This document shows, one piece after another, positions 48,862 to 61,896 of a stretch of DNA of 64,000 nt. The DNA is taken from NCBI GenBank assembly GCA_028534125.1, contig CM052816.1, positions 70,992,001 to 71,056,000 on the forward strand. The letters are read 5' to 3'. A model generated the notes under the pieces. It searched no databases, had not been told where the DNA came from, and saw nothing but the letters and a program-made list of their open reading frames with translations. The stretch's first letter is position 1, and every line of letters begins with the position of its first letter. This DNA comes from Lama glama (Eukaryota). Both the position numbers and the translations under genes were made by a program.

Positions 48862-49510
48862 ATGTTGGAATAAAGATGTTTCCAGTTCTGTGGATTTGAT
48901 CCTAGGTGACATCTTCCCTGACTGAAATTCCTCCCTGACCCAAGGATCCAGAGATAATTAACAGTGGGAAGAAAGGCTACCCATTCAGTGGACACGTTTG
49001 AAAGGTAGTACCACTTGTGGTTAGGATCTATATGTCAGAGAAGAGTATCAACCTCATAGAAATGGCAAGAGTTATCAGCACTCCAGAGAAGATGACTAAG
49101 CAAACAAACATGCTGGCTTCATAGATACTGAATGTAGATGAGTCTCAATAGATCGGTGTACCATAGTTTATTGCTCATAGCACAGGAAAACTGTAAGGAT
49201 CAGCACTGCAACACTGGTTCCCATAACCTCATGGCCCTCCACACAGTAGGGGGCACTGTAGTTGAAGAATGCAGGAGTTAGGCTCAGCACCTATTGCATA
49301 AGGCAGTAAAAACCTTCCACCTCCCTTGGGGAGCAAGTTCTCACGTGGTAGTTCTGCTGTGGTTGCCTTCACTAATTCAATTGTCTATATGACCAGCTTC
49401 AGAAATGGCTCAGGGTCAGAGGATGTGAGGCTTGAGGTATGGCATACTCAGCAAAGGTATGTTGTATGTTGAAAGACTTGGGACCCATGGTAGATTACAT
49501 CTTCTAAAAG
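48862..49510 (-). mobile_element. ERV-L solo LTR (MER70/MER54/MER74 group)
   Basis: Minus strand begins ..ccatgggtccc..gctgagtatgcca..ctctgaccctgagccatttctgaagctggtca; has AATAAA (tttatt at ~49167) and ends in ccaaca. Confidence 0.6.
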
Positions 49511-49687
49511 TTTGCTCACAGTCAGATTTCCTGGGTTCAGGGAGGTTTGCAGTTCACATGTAACATTACTGGCTCTGTGGACATGCACAACTTATTCTGC
49601 CTTTTTGTTTCCCCATTTGGAGTGTGGGATTTTAATGACATTTTGGCCATGTGATTGTTTAAAATGGGGCCCGGAATATAGTTAATA

Positions 49688-50168
49688 CAGGCACACCTCA
49701 TTGTATTGCACCTTACCTTATTGTTTTTTGCAGATACTGTGCTTTTTTTTTTTTTTTTTAACAAATTGAACGTCTGTGGCAACCCTGTGTCAAGCAAGTC
49801 TGTTTGCACTATTTTTCGAACAGCATTTGCTAATGTCATGTCTCTGTGTCACATTTTGATAATCCTCTCAATGTTTCAAACTTCATCATTATTATATTTG
49901 TTATGGTTAGCTATGATTAGTAATTGATGTTATTACTACAACTCTCTAAAGGCTCAGATGATGGTTAGAATCTTTAGCAATAAAGTATTTTTAAGTTAAG
50001 GTATGTACATTTTTTTTGGCATAATGCTACTACATGCTTAACAGACAACAGTGTTGTGTAAATATAACTTTTATACGCACTGGAAAACCGGTGTGACTAG
50101 CTTCATTATGATACTTGCTTATTGTGGTCTTCTGGAACTGAACCTGCCATACCTCTGAAGTATGCCCG
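49688..50168 (+). mobile_element. Tigger1 internal-deletion derivative (Tigger1a-type, TcMar)
   Basis: TA duplications at 49686-49687 and 50169-50170; TIRs CAGGCACACCTC / GAAGTATGCCCG; Tigger1 left and right arms joined near 49940. Confidence 0.93.
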
Positions 50169-50719
50169 TACTAAATCAAGTAGCCAGTGCAGTGTTATTT
50201 TCAGGTTGCAGAAAGAAAGAATGAGCATGACTAAAATAAAAAATACCAATTGTGCTTTTCCCAGAGGCAAGTTAGCGCATGTATGAGGGGGTGGTTTGAG
50301 CAAAAGAAATCAAGGGCTTTGTGGTGAGTGAGAAAGAAGATGAAAAATGTCTCCAGCTAGACACAAAGCCCAAAGTGTCCATGTAGATGGATTTGTAATT
50401 TCAACAGACTTGCTTCTTCCAGTTGAGGATTAATGCCTGTGTCTATCCAATTTCTTATACATGAAGCTGTTCTACATTTTTTATTTAGAAAATTAAGCTT
50501 TGTGTTCTTTGTGTTATTTCTGATTACCACTTAGAGATCAGTAGCTCTGATTCACAAATTGATATATTTATTGACTTCAAGAAATTTCAATAAAAGACAT
50601 AATCAGTTGTAGTCCCGAAAAATATGTAAACATGTATTTCCTTCTTATTGTTGAAAATATATATAGTATTGCTACTTTGGTCATCTATCAATAATAATTA
50701 AAATAAAGTAACAATTCTA

Positions 50720-50958
50720 GATTATAGCTATTGAGTGCTTACTGTGTTCCTAGTCTTGTTTTCAGTTTTAAGTGTTACACACAGACTAATTCATTTAATT
50801 TTCAAAACTACTGTATGAGCAAGTGCTGTTATTACCTCATTTTACAGATGAGGAAACTGAGGCATAGTGAGGTCAAGTAAATTGTTTAAGGTCACACAAC
50901 TAGTAAGTGGCTAGATTGTGAAACAGACAGCTGGACTCCAGAACATATGCACTTAACT
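50720..50958 (-). mobile_element. MIR SINE
   Basis: cattttacagatgaggaaactgaggcatagtgaggtcaagtaa...aaggtcacacaactagtaagtggc core. Confidence 0.92.
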
Positions 50959-52774
50959 AACATCTAAAAAGGACAAACTCTAATAGCATGTCAAGTGAGC
51001 AGACTATTTTCCCCAAAAATGTAATCCATTTTTTGATTTATCTACCTTGGGCATTTATGCATAGGTTTTTCATGATCAGTAAACAAATCCTTATTGAGTG
51101 GATCATTTTGAACAGCCTTTCCAAATTTACTACTAGAGCACCAATGCCCATTTGCTGACCTGGAACTTGGGTGTCAAAAGTTCTTGCTGATCTTTAACCA
51201 TGCGTACCTTATAGATTCCCAAACTAGTAAACAGGCTTTATTTTCTGCCTCAATAGATTTATGGATTTATTTATTGTAAATTACTCACTAGAGAAAGACA
51301 TTTCATTGTAAAATACCTCCTGGTATTGATTCAGTAAAATGAGGGTGTCATCATTAAACAAATCTTCCCAAATACCCATGCCATTAAATTTAATTGACCA
51401 TGTCTCTTCTTTACCATTAACTGTGCATTTCATGTGCTTTCTAAGGAAAATTTTATCTGGCTTTTCTATCCCATGCACACAGCATCTCAGGATTATACCT
51501 CTTATTCAAGTCCTCATGAAGGTTTTCTCTATCTTTGGATAAAAGGAAATCATCTAGACATGCTAACAAAAACTGTGACTTCTAAAATTATTTTCACTTA
51601 ATATATCCATTATCTATTTAGGATTTTATATATATAAACCACTAGAAATCTAAATTTTAAGAAAGAAACACCAAGACTTAATTTATAGTGTTTTATATGG
51701 ACCATTTTAGAATTTTCTTTTCAGAGTTGTTAACTTCTCTCAGTTATCCTGTATTCATTCTTTTATTTGACTAATGGCTTAGAGGACAGGTCATTGTCCT
51801 CCTTGTTCTTGATTGCTTCTTCAGACAATTAGTCCCCAGTTCACCTATTTAAAATAAAGATAACTGTTCATTGGAGCTAGTGCTCTACAGCCGAACCATT
51901 TGCCCCCTCTTCATCAACTTTGGCACATGACTCACCGTTTCTCTCTCGTCTGTGGACATGTCAGTTTTCACATGATGGGCTCACCCAATTCCCTGACTTC
52001 CAAGTTTCTTGGTTTGTTTACCTCTGCTTCATCCACATTCCCAGTGTGACATAATGAACACTGTCAACAGTGGAAACTACTCACCCAGACCACTGAGACA
52101 GGCATAAGAGTCTCTGATAAAATGTTCCCATTATTTCTTCTTGAGAGCTCAGCTGTTCCTACTAGGACTTTTCTTGCCTTCTTGGGGACTCTCTTCTTTC
52201 TATCAGTCTAGTTTCCTCCTCTTTTTATTTTTATTCACATCCAGCCGAGGCTCCATTTTCTATCAGTTCAGTAATACTTGCTTCTTTATTTTGTACTGTC
52301 AATTTGGCAAAACCTCAACCCTGGGTGAACAAAAGTATTCACTTACTCTGCTTACTATCTTGCAGCTGATTTTGCCCAAGAAAATGATGCGTTAGTATAA
52401 ATTGATACCACTGTTAATTTGTGATTGCCGATCTCAAATGCCCCTTAATCAGCGTGGGAAATTCTGTTTTTCCAGGGGACTCACTCTCCTGGCACTTACT
52501 GCAGAAACTATTTTAAACCTTATTCATGCTCTTCAAAACTCTGGTATTGCCAGTCCACTGCAAGTGCTCTCAACAAATGGGCATGTTTTCTCCATCACAA
52601 AGAAAATAGAAAGCTTGGGAAAAGCATTCAATCAAATGTTTTTTAATTTTTTGATACCTGCACATAGTTTTTCCTTGTTGCCTTCTCTGAGAGATGTTGT
52701 TTATCTTCTCTCTATAGCCAGTTTTTCCACCATTGCTCTGAATCCTGTACATTTTAGATTTCTCAAAGATTAAG

Positions 52775-53810
52775 AAGGATAGTGGTATTGAAACCACCCT
52801 GCCCTCATTCTGTGCAAGGAGAGAAAGGCAAAAAAGAAGAACTGTTTACACTAGTATGGTGAGACCTGTATCACCCAAGAAAAACACAAATATTCATTTG
52901 CAGTATTGCTCATGTAATTATCCCACAAAGGTCAAAGTCAAAATCACATTCAAAGAAGGAATTTCGTTATGAAACTTAGACTATGTTACTACGGAAAGGA
53001 CATTCATATCTTCTTGGTTAAAATGTTTTTGATTTTTAGATAAACAAGTGAAAAACTTAGTCCCTGATTTAAAAAAAACAAAAAACAAGTAAGCTAGAAT
53101 AGGAGCCCCTACTTTTACTCTCACTTCAGGGCCTACAGGCCACAGAACTTCCTGTTTAAAATCACAAGAAGTAAATAAAGAGAAGCGCTCATGATCATCT
53201 GGACTAGGTTGAAATATTTTTACTCAGCAAGGCAAAAAAAGAGACAAAAGTTGAATACAAGAAGGGTAAGAGAGGGAGAACCCAAAATGGATTTCCTGTG
53301 GGTGGATAAGGAGGGTGGGGGTAGATATGAAAATTTGAAAATGGAAGCAAGAGAAAAAGGAGATGATACCCACTCACAGCAGACATCTAAGTCCTGTGAA
53401 TAAAGAGGGAACAGAAAAAGGCAAAAGTACTTATTTGTGTTCTCTGTGCTATATCTTTCTGTTGCTTCTTCACTGGAGAACTTGATTTGCTACCCAATAA
53501 CTGCAGCTGTTTTAGGTCTAGAGAAAAATAGCCTAACAAGCAAAATTTAGTAATGGCATTGTGATTATTTTAACCATCTTGAGGAGGCTCTGGTGGAGAC
53601 AGAGGCAGAACTTGCTTGGCTTACCTGAGAATTACTACACAATTTTTACTGGTTGTCACAATTATAGGATGACCCAAGTGCCATGAGTATCCGAGCAAGC
53701 CTTCAGAGATTTCTCTGTCTCTTCACACTCAACTGCTACCGACTGCTACTATAAAAGATTAGCATGACACTCCTTAAGAGAAAAGAAAAGAAGGCCCCGT
53801 AATGTAATAA
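52775..53810 (+). mobile_element. Ancient LTR (LTR78-like) inserted in L2
   Basis: About 1 kb of non-L2 sequence; cactagtatggtgagacctg...aattatcccacaaaggtcaaagtcaaaatcacattc...ttatgaaacttagactatgttac resembles recalled LTR78. Confidence 0.55.
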
Positions 53811-54106
53811 TAATTACAGCACCCATACCTGGGCACTCTTCATTTACTTATTTCACTCTTATCTGTTTGTCTACTGGAATCTCCTCAACTCAACTCCTTT
53901 ACTCCTAAGACAATGCTATCAGCAACAAAATGAAGCCTTCTAGCTCTTGTCGAATTTCTCCTCTGTAATTTCAACATTTGATACTCACTTTCCTTATTTC
54001 TCATTCATTTACTCAACTCACTCAAATTTGGTTTCTATCCATCCTTTTTACTCTCTTGAAATAGTTCTGCTGAACTTCCCATCAGTCAATATATTGAGTG
54101 TCTTTT

Positions 54107-55608
54107 CATATGGATCAATGGAGCAGAATAGAGAGCCCAGAAATAAACCCGCAAACTTTTCGTCAATTAATCTTTGACAAAGGAGGCAAGAACATATAAT
54201 GGAATAGACAGTCTCTTCAGCAAATGGTGTTGGGATAACTGGACAGCTGCATGTAAATCAATGAACTTAGAATACTCCCTCACACCATATACAAAAATAA
54301 ACTCAAAATGGCTTAAAGACTTAAACGTAAGACAAGACACTATAAATCTCTTAGAAGAAAACATAGGCAAAATATTATCTGACATAAATTTTAGCAGTGT
54401 TCTCCTAGGGCAATCTACCCAGGCAATAGAAATAAAAGCAAAAATAAATAAATTAAACTTACAAGCTCTTGCAAGCAAAGGAAACCATAAGCAAAACAAA
54501 AAGACAATCTACGGAATGGGAGAAAATATTTGCAAAAGATGAGACTGGCAAGGGCTTAATTTCCAGAATATATAAACAGTTCATACAACTTAATAAGAAA
54601 AAAAAAACCCAATCCAAAAATGGGCCGAAGACCTAAACAAGCGATTCTCCGATGAACATATACAAATGGCCGATAGGCACATGAAAAAATGCCCAATATC
54701 GCTAATTATCAGAGAAATGCAAATCAAAACTACAATGAGGTATCACCTCACACCAGTCAGAATGGCCATCATTCAAAGGCCCATGAACAGTAAATGCTGG
54801 AGAGGGTGTGGAAAAAGGGGACCCTCTAATACTGTTGGTGGGAATGTGCTTTGGTGCAGCCGTTATGGAAAACAGTAGGGAGATTCCTCAGAAGACTAAA
54901 AATAGACTTATATCATCCAGCAATCCCACTCCTGGGCATGTATGCAGAGGGAACGTTAATTAAAAAAAAAAATACATGCACCCCAATGTTCATAGCAGTA
55001 TTATTTGCAATAGCCAAGACATGGAAACAATCTAAATACCCATCAAGAAATGACTAGATAAATAAGTTGTGATTTTTTCATACAATGGAATACTACTCAG
55101 CCATAGAAATAATAAAATAGTGTCATTTGCAGCAACATGGATGTCTATGGAGATTGTTATTCTAAGTGAAGTAAGGCAGAAAAAGAAAGAAAAATACTAT
55201 ATGATGTCACTAATATATGGAATCTTAAAAAAAAAAAGACAAGTGAATTTATTTACAAAACAGAAACAGACTCCCAGACCTAGAAAACAAATTTATGGTT
55301 ACTAGAGGGGTAAGGAGGTGGGAAGGGATAAATTGAGAGTTTGAGATTTGCAGATACTAACTAATATATATATATATAAAATAGATAATGGGTTCATACT
55401 GTATAGCAGAGGGGACTATAGTCAATATCTTGTAGTAACTTATGGTGAAAAAGAATGTGAAAACGAGTATATGTATGTTCATTTATGACTGAAGCATTAT
55501 GCTGTACACCAAAAATTGACACAACATTCTAAACTGACTATACTTCAATAAATATATATATACACACGTGCACACACACACACACATATATATATATACA
55601 CACAAAAA
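54107..55608 (+). mobile_element. Young camelid-type L1, 5'-truncated, tail converted to a TA/CA microsatellite
   Basis: ORFs 54174-55305 give ORF2 C-terminus ([47 protein letters not shown]). 3'UTR ends ctgactatacttcaataaa. Retains several CpGs. Confidence 0.96.
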
Positions 55609-58600
55609 ATACTTTGCTTTTGATGGCATTCAAATGTCTCCCATTTTTCAAAACTCCTTTCCCTTGGCATTGGCAATGGCATTTTTTTCTCATACTCTTT
55701 GGCTGATACTTGTCAGTCTTCTTTCCACTTCAAGCTGTTCTCCTTGGTTCTTAAATATTGGCATTCCTCAAATCTTATTCCTCATTTTCACTCTTCTTTC
55801 ATGTTCTCCTCTCTCTTTAGACTAATCCATGCCAATGGCTTCAATTACTGTCTCTAGGCAGTGATTCTGAAATTTCGTTTTCTAGCTGTGAGTTCTCTGA
55901 ATTGCATACCTCTATCCACCTGGCTATTATATCCTCACTTGGATATCTTAAAGGCAACTAAATACCTACTAGAATCTAACCCATGGCTTTCTTTTTAAAC
56001 TTTGCACCTTCCAGTGTTTCCTTTTTGGGTAAATTGACGTAATGATACTGAAAATTTATTTATATTCATCATTTATGATGATATAGATTTGAGTTACCTA
56101 TAAGGAACAATTCTTTGAAAGGGAAATTTATACATGGAAACATTTTCTAGAGAGTGATTTCACTGCAGTAAGATGGCTTCTCAACTGTTACTGTAGGTTT
56201 TTCTGGGCTATTGAACTAAAAAGAACTTCATTTTGTTTATAATACTGCCATGTAAGTTTTTCTAAAACTAATGACTACTTACATCATCAGAAAAAAAATT
56301 TTTCAAAAATTCATACAATCATGTGAATATAGGACATTTTCATTTTGGATAAAATTCTTATAATAGGACTTGTTATAATTGAAAACTACAAGTGGAATTT
56401 TAAAACCATATATCATGTTCTATCATGCCATTTTGTTCAAAAGTAATTTTTAGTAAAATTGAAGGAAATGAAAAGTTGCCAACATTTTGGACATTACATT
56501 TTGGATTTCCTGAGCAGAATCATATTAATAATATAATCTCTACTATTAAGGTTAAGGAAGATGTTCCATTAATTTTAATTAAGGAAACCTGTCTGTGATT
56601 TGCCTTTAAAAAAATACTTCAGAATTTTATATCTCCTTTCAAATTACTGACACAGACAGAAGTGTGAGGTCATTCCTTAGACTTTTGCATTGCTCCCAAA
56701 ATGAAAGAGAAATGGAAGCATGATGAGAATTAGCCTTATTTGCCCATTTTGAGCTTAATAAGGCGCTTTAACACAGATACTTAGGGCTCTCTTGTATCTG
56801 CACTAGTTCTAATTAATGCTTGCCACCTCTCATCCCTGGGCTTGAGAACAAATCCGAGAGTGTCACCTTAGGAAGAGGAAAATACTTACTTTTGAAAAAG
56901 GTATCTCTGAAAGACAATATAAGTACTTCATGAAATAACATGAAATGATTTTTAAAAGTTTACATAGTTTTCATCAGTAGGCTCACATTCATGCTTTATT
57001 TGTTGAATAATTAACAGAAATAAATGAGTATTTCTTTCCATGTATGATGCAAACATTATGAGCAAGTCACATTTTAATTTCATACTTGGTGCTTCAGCTT
57101 CTGCTATGTTTTTAGTTACTGCTAGCCTATTAAGCTGCTAATTTATCTACTGTTGTGAAGGCCTGTGGAAATGCTGCTCCGTAAATAATAGAGCAGTGAT
57201 CCGTAACCACCTCCCATGTAACAGCATCAAGTCCACTGCAGCTAATAGGAACGAACTGCCGGTTGCTAGGTGCCAAAATGCTGCTTGCCTATTTAGGAAG
57301 TGATATAGTTTTGTCTCCCTGCTAAGATGACAAAACTGTAATTAGAGATTAATCAAGAGCTACATTAGTGCCACAGTTTCCTGCAGTCTGACTTTTGTTG
57401 CCCACCAGCAGTTAAGTGCATCTGCCTGTATTTACCAGTTCTCTAGAGATTTAGAAATTTATTGTCATATTTACAGGAACAGCTGCCGTGCAAGTTGTCA
57501 AATCATAAAGAACTAACTCAAGAGAATGCATATAATTAACTACTCTGTCTTTAGTCTATTTAGTTTTAAAATGAGGTTTCATTTGGAAAGATTAAATGAC
57601 ATAGTACATAACCAAGCTCTTTTTTTGTTCTTGGATTTTGTTATTTTTCATTAGTACATTTCCACAAACTCTACAGTGATTTATGCTGAATAAATAAAGA
57701 TCAATTCAAATATTGGAAGGGAGACAAATACATGCTGGTAGCAAAGGAAACATGGATCTCGGGATTATTCTGGGAACTGGGATGGTGATATATGTTAGCA
57801 TCACTTAAGGATCTATGCTGCTATGGCTTTCTTAAGAAAAATAATATCAAGACTTACTACTGAATTGACCTTTATTTAAATTTCTCTTGCTATTCCTTTA
57901 GAATTTTTGCTATATCTGGTTTGGGGTAAATTATTTTTTCTTTTCTATTTACATATGTTGCACTTTTGTTTTTTCAAATGCTACAGCATAGGGGCATATT
58001 AACCACAACCAGTTTTCTCTGTAGAAAACCAAATACTCCTGGATAATGGCTTCTTTGTTTTAGTTGATTACTATAACCAAGATAGTATCAAAATTAAGAC
58101 TATTGGAATATTTTAAATCTTAAATTATAAAGTTATAAATACTAATTAATGAATGTCTTAGCATTGTCCTCTAGGAAATTACCTTAAAAGTTGAAGTGTA
58201 GTTAAACATAAAATGTATTTTTATTGTTCTAGTTGCATAAAAGATAAATACTTGTAAATGAAATCAGTGGAAGCTATATTCTTATGAGTACACTTTATAA
58301 AATTATCTACATATCACATACATAGACAGAAAAATACATATTTAAGCACATTCATAGTAGCATATTATTTCATATTTAAAGGAAATAAATTTGATTCCAC
58401 TTTGATTGTTCTAACTTACAGCACAATTTTGGAGCAGTTGTAACTCATTCAAATACTAGCTCTGTTAATGCAAAACTAGTATCATTTGACCTTACAAGTC
58501 TTTAACCACATGGCAAAACTAAAAGCTACTTCAAAATGAATTGAAGTTTTGTGCTCATATTTTTAATCACATTACCATATTTCAAGTGTAAAATACTCTT

Positions 58601-60049
58601 AGACATCCAATTCACTAATGTTGGGCTCCATAGGAAAAATACAGTTTTCTCAGAGTACTTGATATTTTATTTATTCTTCCTCCCGAAAAGCAAGGGAGAA
58701 AAAATGTTATTGTTGTTATTGTCATTGTTTCTAAAAACTATATAATGTACACGTATATACACACATATATATATATTCAGATAAACATTTCTCAGTCTTT
58801 CGAATTGTAATGAAAAGATTATAAGATCATTACAGAGCAATTTGTGCTCAAGCATGTCAGATTTACTTTGGAGTTTGCTCTTTTGTTTTCTCTTCAGTCT
58901 AATGCTACACATTTCTGTGTATTTGAGAAATCTGAATTTAGAAATAAAAGGTGAAATAGAAGAGATCAATTATAGAAAGGAACTCTGCATCTATAACTGA
59001 AAGAGCCCTGCAGGCACTGTTTGGGAGGTCGAAAGGGATCCCTCCACACATATGCTGCTGTTGAGGGAAGTCGCTGTGCACTAGTCAACTCTAGCACTGG
59101 CGGTAGGTAAGCACTTGGTCATTAAAAAGTTCTGAAATCAGATTTTTGCTGATAATTTATACATATTAGATTATAATATTATGTAACTTTTAAAGAATAT
59201 GAAACTGGTTGAAGTCTGGTGAGTTTTGGAATATCAGAGACTTCACTGACAATTTTTCAATAATAATTAATTAGCTAGCATAGGAAGAATTGGTTTTGAA
59301 TAAAAAAGTGTTCTTCTTAGGTAGTTACTTACAGATATTTTAAGCACTAATAATATACACTTCAAGTAACTTAAATTTTTAATCGCACTGTTCCCGTGTA
59401 TTAGTAAATATATATTTAATGTAGAAATTTATAAAAAGAAAACACTATTAGCTAGAATGTAGTGGAAGTAAAGTGTAGCAAAGCTGTTAAAAATAATAAG
59501 TAGGAATTTTTCTCTCTCCACGATGTATTCCCTTCAATTAAAAATATGGTTATGGTTATGATTTAGAGTTCTTTGATAATGTTCATTATAGGCAGGCCAG
59601 TTATAAGCTGAGTCCAAAAACTTATTTAACAAAATATGTCATCATCGATGTAGAAAAGCATATCTGGTCAGTGAAAGGAGTGCTTTAGCAGCTAGTCACT
59701 AGACTTGGTTTCATTATTGTATTATTTGTTCTCCAGGTTACTTAAGAAACATTAACAATAACAAAAATAAAACTTGTTATTTTTCTCTTAGGAAGAAATC
59801 TAATACAAATACTAAAAATCAGGAATTGTCCATGAGCCATGAATTACCAAGTTCCAATGATTTCAAGTAGGCTTAGGCTGAACATCTTACTCAACTTTGA
59901 TTACTATGTACTTTATTAATTCATCTTTTTGTGATGTGTTAAATTATTTATTACATAAGCAATGACTGCTATAATTTAGTGGATTTAGACTACCTTTATC
60001 AGAGTGAAACATGTTTAAAATTGAGTGCCATGCTGCCATATTTTTTATT

Positions 60050-60185
60050 TTATAATCTCAGGCAAATTAATTGTATGTGCCTCAATTTTCCCATCTGAGA
60101 AAAAAATGGAGAAGTTAAAAACCACCACACAGGGTGGTTTGAATTTTGTATTATTTGCAATATGAACTGCTTAAGGTGGCACACA
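60050..60185 (+). mobile_element. MIR fragment
   Basis: ggcaaattaattgtatgtgcctcaattttcccatctg. Confidence 0.6.
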
Positions 60186-60269
60186 TTACTGTTTCAAATA
60201 TCCATTTTAGGAAATCAGGCAAAGATAAAAATGTTTAGAGAAGAAGCTGAGATGTTTTTCACCACCAGT

Positions 60270-61690
60270 CCTTGACTATATCACTGTTAAAATTCTCATT
60301 GTGTTTATTTTTAGAATACGCTCACACAAATGTAGGGAGTAAGTATTTACACAATATTCTAATTATGCAGTTAAACAATTTGTATTCTATTTTGTCCATT
60401 TGTACCATTTAATATACTTTGAATGTTTTCAATGCCATAAAGTTTAAAAAATTTTGATAGGTATGTAATAATTCAATTAATAGATGTATTGTTTAACTAT
60501 TCCAACATTATTATAATTAGATTGATAATTTCCTGTTATTATCACAAAAGCACAGCAATGAAAATTGTTCTACATGTATCTTTGTTTCCCGTCTCTTTAA
60601 GAGATCTAGCAACAGTATTAGTGGAAAGAGACAATGAAAAAAATAAAAGCTCTGTTTTCCAAATTGCTTACCCAAAAGGCTATACCAATTCCTACTTCTC
60701 TATGAAAATCATTATGCCACCCTACCAATTTCTGAATTGAAATTTTTTCATATTTGCCAATTTTATGAAAGCTAATGACGTCTTTAAAAATTTTGCATTA
60801 CTTAATAATTGGTGATGTGATTTGTATTTCTTCCTCTTTAAGTGTCTAAATGATTTGGACCACTTTTTCTATTACAGAATTAGTGACTACTTGTTTCACT
60901 TGAAACTGATCTTTGTGCAATAGTATTTGTTGCAAGCATCGTATTTTATTTTGCCGTTTGCCTAATCTATTTGGTTGTGAAATTATTGGCATGTATCATT
61001 TAACATATTTATTTACATCTATGTACCTTTCCCTCCAGGAATTCTATGTCTCCACATATCTAAAGATCCATCTCTCATTTCTAAACATAATGATATTTTG
61101 TTATTCCTTCTTGATCCTTTGAATTATCTTAATGTTTACATCTAATATTTTAGCACATTGGTGCATTATTTTTACCTAAGGTATGTAATAAGATCTAGCT
61201 TTTCTGCCCTTAACATGTTAACTCAATACTTCTAAAGTCATTTAGAGAGTAACCATTTATTTCTCCACTGGCTTGTTATATAATTCTTTTTTATCATTTT
61301 TATCATTGCACAGTATTATATACTAGAATCTATCTCTGAGCTATAAATCCTCTATTAGGCTTCCTTATCATCTTTGCTATGTAATCATTCTGCTTAGATT
61401 TTAGTTAGTAAAGCTTAAAATCTTTAGAATCTTTAGTGTTCTTTTAAAGTTATTTTAAAAAACTTGTTAGCTATTTAATCCCATTTATTATTCTACATGA
61501 CCTTTGTCAGATCCCAAATAAATCCCACCAGTGTAGTGTTTGGAATTGTGCTGAAACCAAAATGTAATTTGGAAAAAAATCTTCCTTAAAAAATCCAGTC
61601 TTCCCGTCAAAACAACATGGTGTGTCTCATCTCTTTATATGGGCTTTTTTTTTTTTTTAATGTCCCACAATATTTTAAAAAATATTTTCT
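60270..61690 (-). mobile_element. Very old L1 (L1ME-type) 3' portion
   Basis: Degenerate antisense L1 motifs: gcagcaatgaa-like at ~60552, ccaaattgcttacccaaaaggctataccaatt, tttgcattacttaataattggtga, tttggaattgtgctgaa. Confidence 0.6.
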
Positions 61691-61724
61691 GTGTGGTTGT
61701 AACTTTGATAATTACTTTATATTA

Positions 61725-61896
61725 TATTTCACAACATTGTAATAACCCTATCAGGTGGATATAATGATCACCATTATGTCTATAAGGAAATGGGAATTTC
61801 AAGAGGTTAAGTAACTTATACACACTAGTGAGTGGCAGAGGCCAGTTCTGTCTAACTCGGACCTCACAGGCTCACCCATCACACTCATTGCCTCCC
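61725..61896 (-). mobile_element. MIR SINE fragment
   Basis: aaccctatcaggtgg...taaggaaat...agaggttaagtaactt...actagtgagtggcagagg. Confidence 0.75.

Larger units (their letters stand above)
51975..56035 (+). mobile_element. Long degraded L2 ORF2 remnant in three pieces (51975-52770, 53815-54106, 55620-56035)
   Basis: aaacctcaaccctggg, agaaaatagaaagc, ctgaatcctgtac..ctcaaagat; later atggcttcaattactgtctctaggcagtgattct and cacttggatatct. Colinear L2 motifs continue across two inserts. Confidence 0.7.

Noticed and set aside
52141..52797. ORFs of 75-123 aa
   Set aside because: They lie within a decayed L2 and show no intact domain motifs.
54167..55305. Cluster of 68-122 aa ORFs
   Set aside because: Frameshifted fragments of one truncated L1 ORF2, plus its antisense.
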